64,000 nt of DNA from Torpedo marmorata (lineage: Eukaryota): positions 160,146,001 to 160,210,000 of the forward strand of contig OZ360219.1 of assembly GCA_977017645.1 (NCBI GenBank), given 5' to 3'. The notes beneath the pieces are model-generated. The model had not been told where the DNA came from. It made no database searches and worked only from the letters and a program-made list of their open reading frames with translations. A program made the translations under genes and the position numbers. Of the stretch, positions 59,546-64,000 are shown in pieces. Numbering within the stretch: the stretch's first letter is position 1; each line of letters starts with the position of its first letter.

Positions 59546-61309
59546 TAAATATAAACTGACTTTATTTGTTGTTGTATACTTCACAGGTTACAGACTTTTG
59601 TTGATTCAGAGTTATGGTAAACTCTGGGTTTATGAAGAAGGAAGAAAGAAGATTTGTGTTGTTTGAATTTTATGGTTATTGTTATTTATAATTTATAGTG
59701 TAATTATTATTCAAGACATTGTGTCTAATTATAATAATTAGGCGCCGGTGTAAGAGCCGTAGGCTCATTAACTTACCGTTGTTGCGGCGCTCCGATGTCT
59801 TGTCGGGTTGTGGAGCGCTCGCGTTGTTATGTAGGCCGTCCACAGCCCGTTCTGTGCTCTGCGCATGCGCTGGAGTGCCGACGGGCGCATGCGCAGTGTG
59901 GAGTGACGTCATTGTGCGCGGTGTAGTTTGGGAAATGTAGTATGCGCGGTGGGGGGTGCGCAGTGATATAGGAGCGACGGGGCATGCGCGAATTAGAGAA
60001 TAGGAGAAGGAATAAGATGTAGGAGGGTGAGTGAGATCGCCATATCTTTATTGACCGTTTTATATCGTTTTATAACGTCTTATACATCGTTTTGGAATTG
60101 TTTAAGGAATCATTTAAAGAAACTCATCATACATCGTTTTCAAGAACTGTTTATATTGAAGTCATTGAAGATTACTGCAAGTCACGTGTGTAAATAAAGA
60201 TTTTGAACATATTGGACTTTGTTGGTAAATTAATTAAAACGCGTCAAAGACAAGTATCTCACTTAGCCTCCAGGTGACTATTGTTGGATCGAAGTCACCA
60301 TAGGGAGAACGTACAAGCTCCTTACAGACAGCGCCGGATTCTAACCCAGGTCGCTGGCACTGTAATAGTGTTGCACTAACCTGGTAACACTGAAAATGTC
60401 AATTTTTCTAAATTTTTACATTTGTTTCATGAAACTGTCACTACACCTAAAAAGAGTGAACAACTTTATACAAATTATTCTCATCATATCATCACCCAGT
60501 CACTACTGAACCAAAAGCTGAAAAGAAGACCAAATATGGTAATGAAATACTGTATGGGGTTCTTTGAAGTGCAGAAGACAACAACTTAAAACAAAAAGTA
60601 AAAGTATTTAACAAGTACAGTTAATTTTGTAAGAAGTTTGGTAGACTAAACAGCAAAGATAAGGGGAGAGTGCAGCCTTTGTTGAAGCTGAGGATGTTGG
60701 CAATCAAGAGACACATTTTAAGGTGCAGAACATCTACTATAATTTACAATTGGAGGTAACAACTGGAAGTTCTTGCACACATTATTCTGAATTTGCTGCC
60801 AGCTGTTAGGACTTCCATTAAAAACAAAACCACCTTTTTGAATAATTTTTCACAACTGCTTTTTGGAATTGGGAATATCAATTGCCAACACATTAGTATA
60901 CACAGCGCCCATGGTTTTGGACCAGGTAAAGTCTAACTTGTGGAATAGATTGCAGCTGACCCTTCTCTACCGGTTGTACTGCTAATCCATAATGCTGTTT
61001 TCTACTTGATTGATTGCTATCTGTTGGAGTTTGTGGTGCACCAGAGATTTGGAAAATCACTCTGGTCAAAAACCTCCAGATATTTTTAGATTCAAATTCA
61101 CTCCACTCCAAGCATTAAGCAACTGTATTAAAATGTTATTTGCTGGAAACAGAACACTCAAAGCTCGAGAAACAGAATGCATGAAGTAAAATAGCCGAGG
61201 GTGAAATAGTTATTTTCAAAATAGATTTAGTTTCAGAAATTATCAAATGACAATTCGTGTGCCTAAATGAAGAGTATATTTTTGAAAATAGTATGGCTTT
61301 ATTACTTAC

Positions 61310-61381
61310 AGTCTCTCCAGATATCTCTGTCCAGTAAATGAGTTATTCTTCAACTCCTTTAATTTGTTGTTGCTGAGGATC
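61310..61381 (-). CDS. ADGRA3: ADGRA-family adhesion GPCR (ADGRA3/GPR125-like), LRR exon equivalent to exon 2
   Basis: 72-bp phase-2/phase-2 exon, ...ttatgacAG|...|GTaagt, translating ILSNNKLKELKNNSFTGQRYLER(L). Recalled human ADGRA3 reads ILSNNKISELKNGSFSGLSLLERL. Paralog identity (A1/A2/A3) is not certain. Confidence 0.8.
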
Positions 61382-62028
61382 CTGTCATAAACAAAAACAA
61401 AATTAAAATACCAGCCCAAAGTACCCACTAATTGATATTACATATCATTGTGGATTTCAGTAATTCATAGTGTTAAAGCTACACATGATGTATTTATTGC
61501 TTGTCCAAACTAGCCTCATTTCCTTTGCTCCATTTTTTTTAACGCCACTCCCACTTTGTTATAATGTTCAAAAGTGGTAATGACACACCATTAACTAAAG
61601 GCCTTCTGGGTTCACGGTGCACTGGAATTGATCCCATAAGCTAAATACCATACTCTGCATCATGCTGCATCTGTCAGGTAGGACCACTGCAATCCTCACC
61701 CTTATTTGTATACAGACAAGAATGCAATACAGTTGTGGTATCTAATATACTGTATATTTCTATCAACACATTTTTCCCCAAAGTAAACTGTAATTAGATT
61801 AAATATACAGCTTGTTAAAAGATGTGTTTTAGTACTGTCAAAATATTTCTATCGTCTTCTCCAGCCACACTTTGCCAAGCTTTAGATGTCATCACTTCTG
61901 CGCTGAGCCCAGATGCCTATGCATTCTTCTGGCACCGTCTTGGTAATTTAGTATTCCACCCAGACATTTCTAATGAATTTGTAATCCTATACCACTCGTT
62001 ATTACCATAGCCCTGCATGTGTTATTTT

Positions 62029-62273
62029 CATTACAGCACCAATAGCCTGAATACGACTGGGATTGTCTGATCTTAGAAGCTAAGCAGGCACAGGACTGGT
62101 CAGTACTTGGAGGGGAGACCGCCAAGGAACACCAGGTGCTGTCGGTTTCGGTGAGGGGCGCTGGACAAAGTAGCGACCCTCTGTCTGCCTTACGGTAGAC
62201 AAAAATTAAAGAATTTCATGTATGTTACATTCTAAATGTAGCATTACGTGACAATAATGGAACCTTTACCTTT
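62029..62273 (+). mobile_element. 5S rRNA-derived SINE (SINE3-type) with a LINE-like tail
   Basis: Head gtctgatcttagaagctaagcagg...tggtcagtacttggaggggagaccgcc...ggtgctgt is a diverged 5S rRNA; it continues into ctgtctgcctt...gaatttc...gtgacaataa instead of a T-run terminator. Confidence 0.75.
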
Positions 62274-62389
62274 ATGAAAGGGTTCTCATCCAACAACTCA
62301 CCAAATTGTCTATGACTCACTGTGAATGTGAATCTGCCAACTCCCACAGTTGCCACAGTAGCAACTCTTCTATTTTTTTTAATAGCTCT

Positions 62390-62762
62390 TACATTCAGCG
62401 CCTCTACTTTCTCAGGAGTTTGCGGAGGTTTGGTATGACATCGGGAAACTTCTAGAGATGTGTGGAAAGTGTGCTGACCAGCTGTATCATGGCCTGGTGT
62501 GGGAGCACCAATACCTCTGAGCATAAAGCCCTGCAAAAGGTAGTGGACATAGCCCAGTACATCACAAGCAAAACTCTCCCCACTATCAAGAAAATCAACA
62601 TGGAACGCTGCTGTCGGAGAGCAACAGCAATCATCAAGGATCAACACCATTCAGGACATGCTCTGTTCTCACTGCTGCCATCAAGAAAGAGGGATAGTTG
62701 CCACAAGACTCATACCACCAGGTTCAGGAACATTGGCTACCTCTCCACCGTCAGACTCTGAC
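62390..62762 (+). mobile_element. Rex1/Babar-type LINE fragment
   Basis: ESVLTSCIMAWCG...ALQKVVDIAQYIT...LFSLLPSRKR...HKTHTTRFRN. Confidence 0.75.
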
Positions 62763-62857
62763 ATTACACATTATTTATTATTGAATATTTATTTTCGGTA
62801 TTGCATTTTGTTTGCACTCCTTTCTTCTCAGCAGGTTACGCAGCGTTCTTTATCTAG

Positions 62858-63096
62858 CAAAGATACATAACCAACATTTCAGGCCTGAGCCCTTTTCAGG
62901 GTATGAGCAAAAAGCAGGCAGGTGTCTGAGTAAAATAGTGGGGGGAGGGGCATGGGAAGAGCACAGACCCACAGGCAAGAGGTAATAGGTGAATACAGTG
63001 GGGCAGAAGAGAAAAAATGCTGGGAAGTGATGGGGGAAGCGATAGCTCTCTAAATAAAGAGGGAAGGGGTGGGGAGTTGGAGGAAAGGAGACAGGG
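62858..63096 (-). mobile_element. Penelope-like terminal fragment running into an assembly gap
   Basis: caaagatacataaccaacatttcaggcctgagccctt resembles 49620-49670. Confidence 0.55.
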
Positions 63097-64000
63097 NNNN
63101 NNNNNNNNNNNNNNNNNNNNNNNNNNNNNNNNNNNNNNNNNNNNNNNNNNNNNNNNNNNNNNNNNNNNNNNNNNNNNNNNNNNNNNNNNNNNNNNNNNNN
63201 NNNNNNNNNNNNNNNNNNNNNNNNNNNNNNNNNNNNNNNNNNNNNNNNNNNAAGAGAGAGAGACGGGGAAGAGAGAGAGACGGGGAAGAGAGAGAGACGG
63301 GGAAGAGAGAGAGACGGGGAAGAGANNNNNNNNNNNNNNNNNNNNNNNNNNNNNNNNNNNNNNNNNNNNNNNNNNNNNNNNNNNNNNNNNNNNNNNNNNN
63401 NNNNNNNNNNNNNNNNNNNNNNNNNNNNNNNNNNNNNNNNNNNNNNNNNNNNNNNNNNNNNNNNNNNNNNNNNNNNNNNNNNNNNNNAGGGAGAGAGACG
63501 GGGAGGGAGGGAGAGAAACGNNNNNNNNNNNNNNNNNNNNNNNNNNNNNNNNNNNNNNNNNNNNNNNNNNNNNNNNNNNNNNNNNNNNNNNNNNNNNNNN
63601 NNNNNNNNNNNNNNNNNNNNNNNNNNNNNNNNNNNNNNNNNNNNNNNNNNNNNNNNNNNNNNNNNNNNNNNNNNNNNNNNNNNNNNNNNNNNNNNNNNNN
63701 NNNNNNNNNNNNNNNNNNNNNNNNNNNNNNNNNNNNNNNNNNNNNNNNNNNNNNNNNNNNNNNNNNNNNNNNNNNNNNNNNNNNNNNNNNNNNNNNNNNN
63801 NNNNNNNNNNNNNNNNNNNNNNNNNNNNNNNNNNNNNNNNNNNNNNNNNNNNNNNNNNNNNNNNNNNNNNNNNNNNNNNNNNNNNNNNNNNNNNNNNNNN
63901 NNNNNNNNNNNNNNNNNNNNNNNNNNNNNNNNNNNNNNNNNNNNNNNNNNNNNNNNNNNNNNNNNNNNNNNNNNNNNNNNNNNNNNGAGAGACGGGGAGG
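63097..64000. other. Assembly gaps (N) with islands of a 17-bp purine-rich tandem repeat (AAGAGAGAGAGACGGGG)n
   Basis: N runs; repeat units visible at 63252-63325. Confidence 0.9.

Larger units (their letters stand above)
54495..60302 (+). mobile_element. Non-autonomous BEL/Pao LTR retrotransposon, copy 2 (related subfamily, older)
   Basis: LTRs at 54495-55053 and 59749-60302 with a few mismatches (3' LTR 5 bp shorter at its end); imperfect TSD GGGTG/GGGAG; same internal organisation as copy 1. Confidence 0.9.
54335..60380 (-). mobile_element. tRNA-SINE split by BEL copy 2 (pieces 54335-54494 and 60303-60380)
   Basis: gaaacccatgtaggtcatgggg|...|gggagaacgtacaagctccttacagacagc rejoins into the SINE core seen at 25960-26050. 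Confidence 0.7.

Noticed and set aside
54495-60302. BEL copy 2 as an assembly duplicate or segmental duplication of copy 1
   Set aside because: Different flanks and TSDs, different LTR length, many substitutions and indels: independent insertions.
62029-62146. Functional 5S rRNA gene
   Set aside because: Many substitutions, no T-run terminator, solitary, and fused to a retroposon tail.

Overview
Vertebrate, repeat-dense genomic DNA. The repeat repertoire (L1, CR1, Rex1/Babar, Penelope, tRNA- and 5S-SINEs) suggests a cartilaginous fish such as a ray or skate; this is inference. The host gene is on the minus strand: four 72-bp leucine-rich-repeat exons (61310-61381, 7226-7297, 1893-1964, 1199-1270) of an adhesion GPCR of the ADGRA family, most like ADGRA3/GPR125. 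Most of the window is one ~54-kb intron filled with nested transposons. The most striking content is two copies (19076-25258 and 54495-60302) of a young non-autonomous BEL/Pao LTR element. Its single ORF encodes SAP domain, coiled coil, Gag, Zn knuckles and protease, but no RT, RNase H or integrase core. In their place it carries in-frame segments that closely resemble the host protein MIPOL1, and its N-terminal SAP module resembles SAFB/SLTM. The element has TG...TA termini, no tRNA primer-binding site, and a conserved 10-nt LTR/PBS complementarity suggestive of Tf1-like self-priming. Copy 1 has apparently identical LTRs and sits in the 3' UTR of an L1 with an intact 1261-aa ORF2. Protein-family assignments come from recalled motifs and sequences, not database searches.
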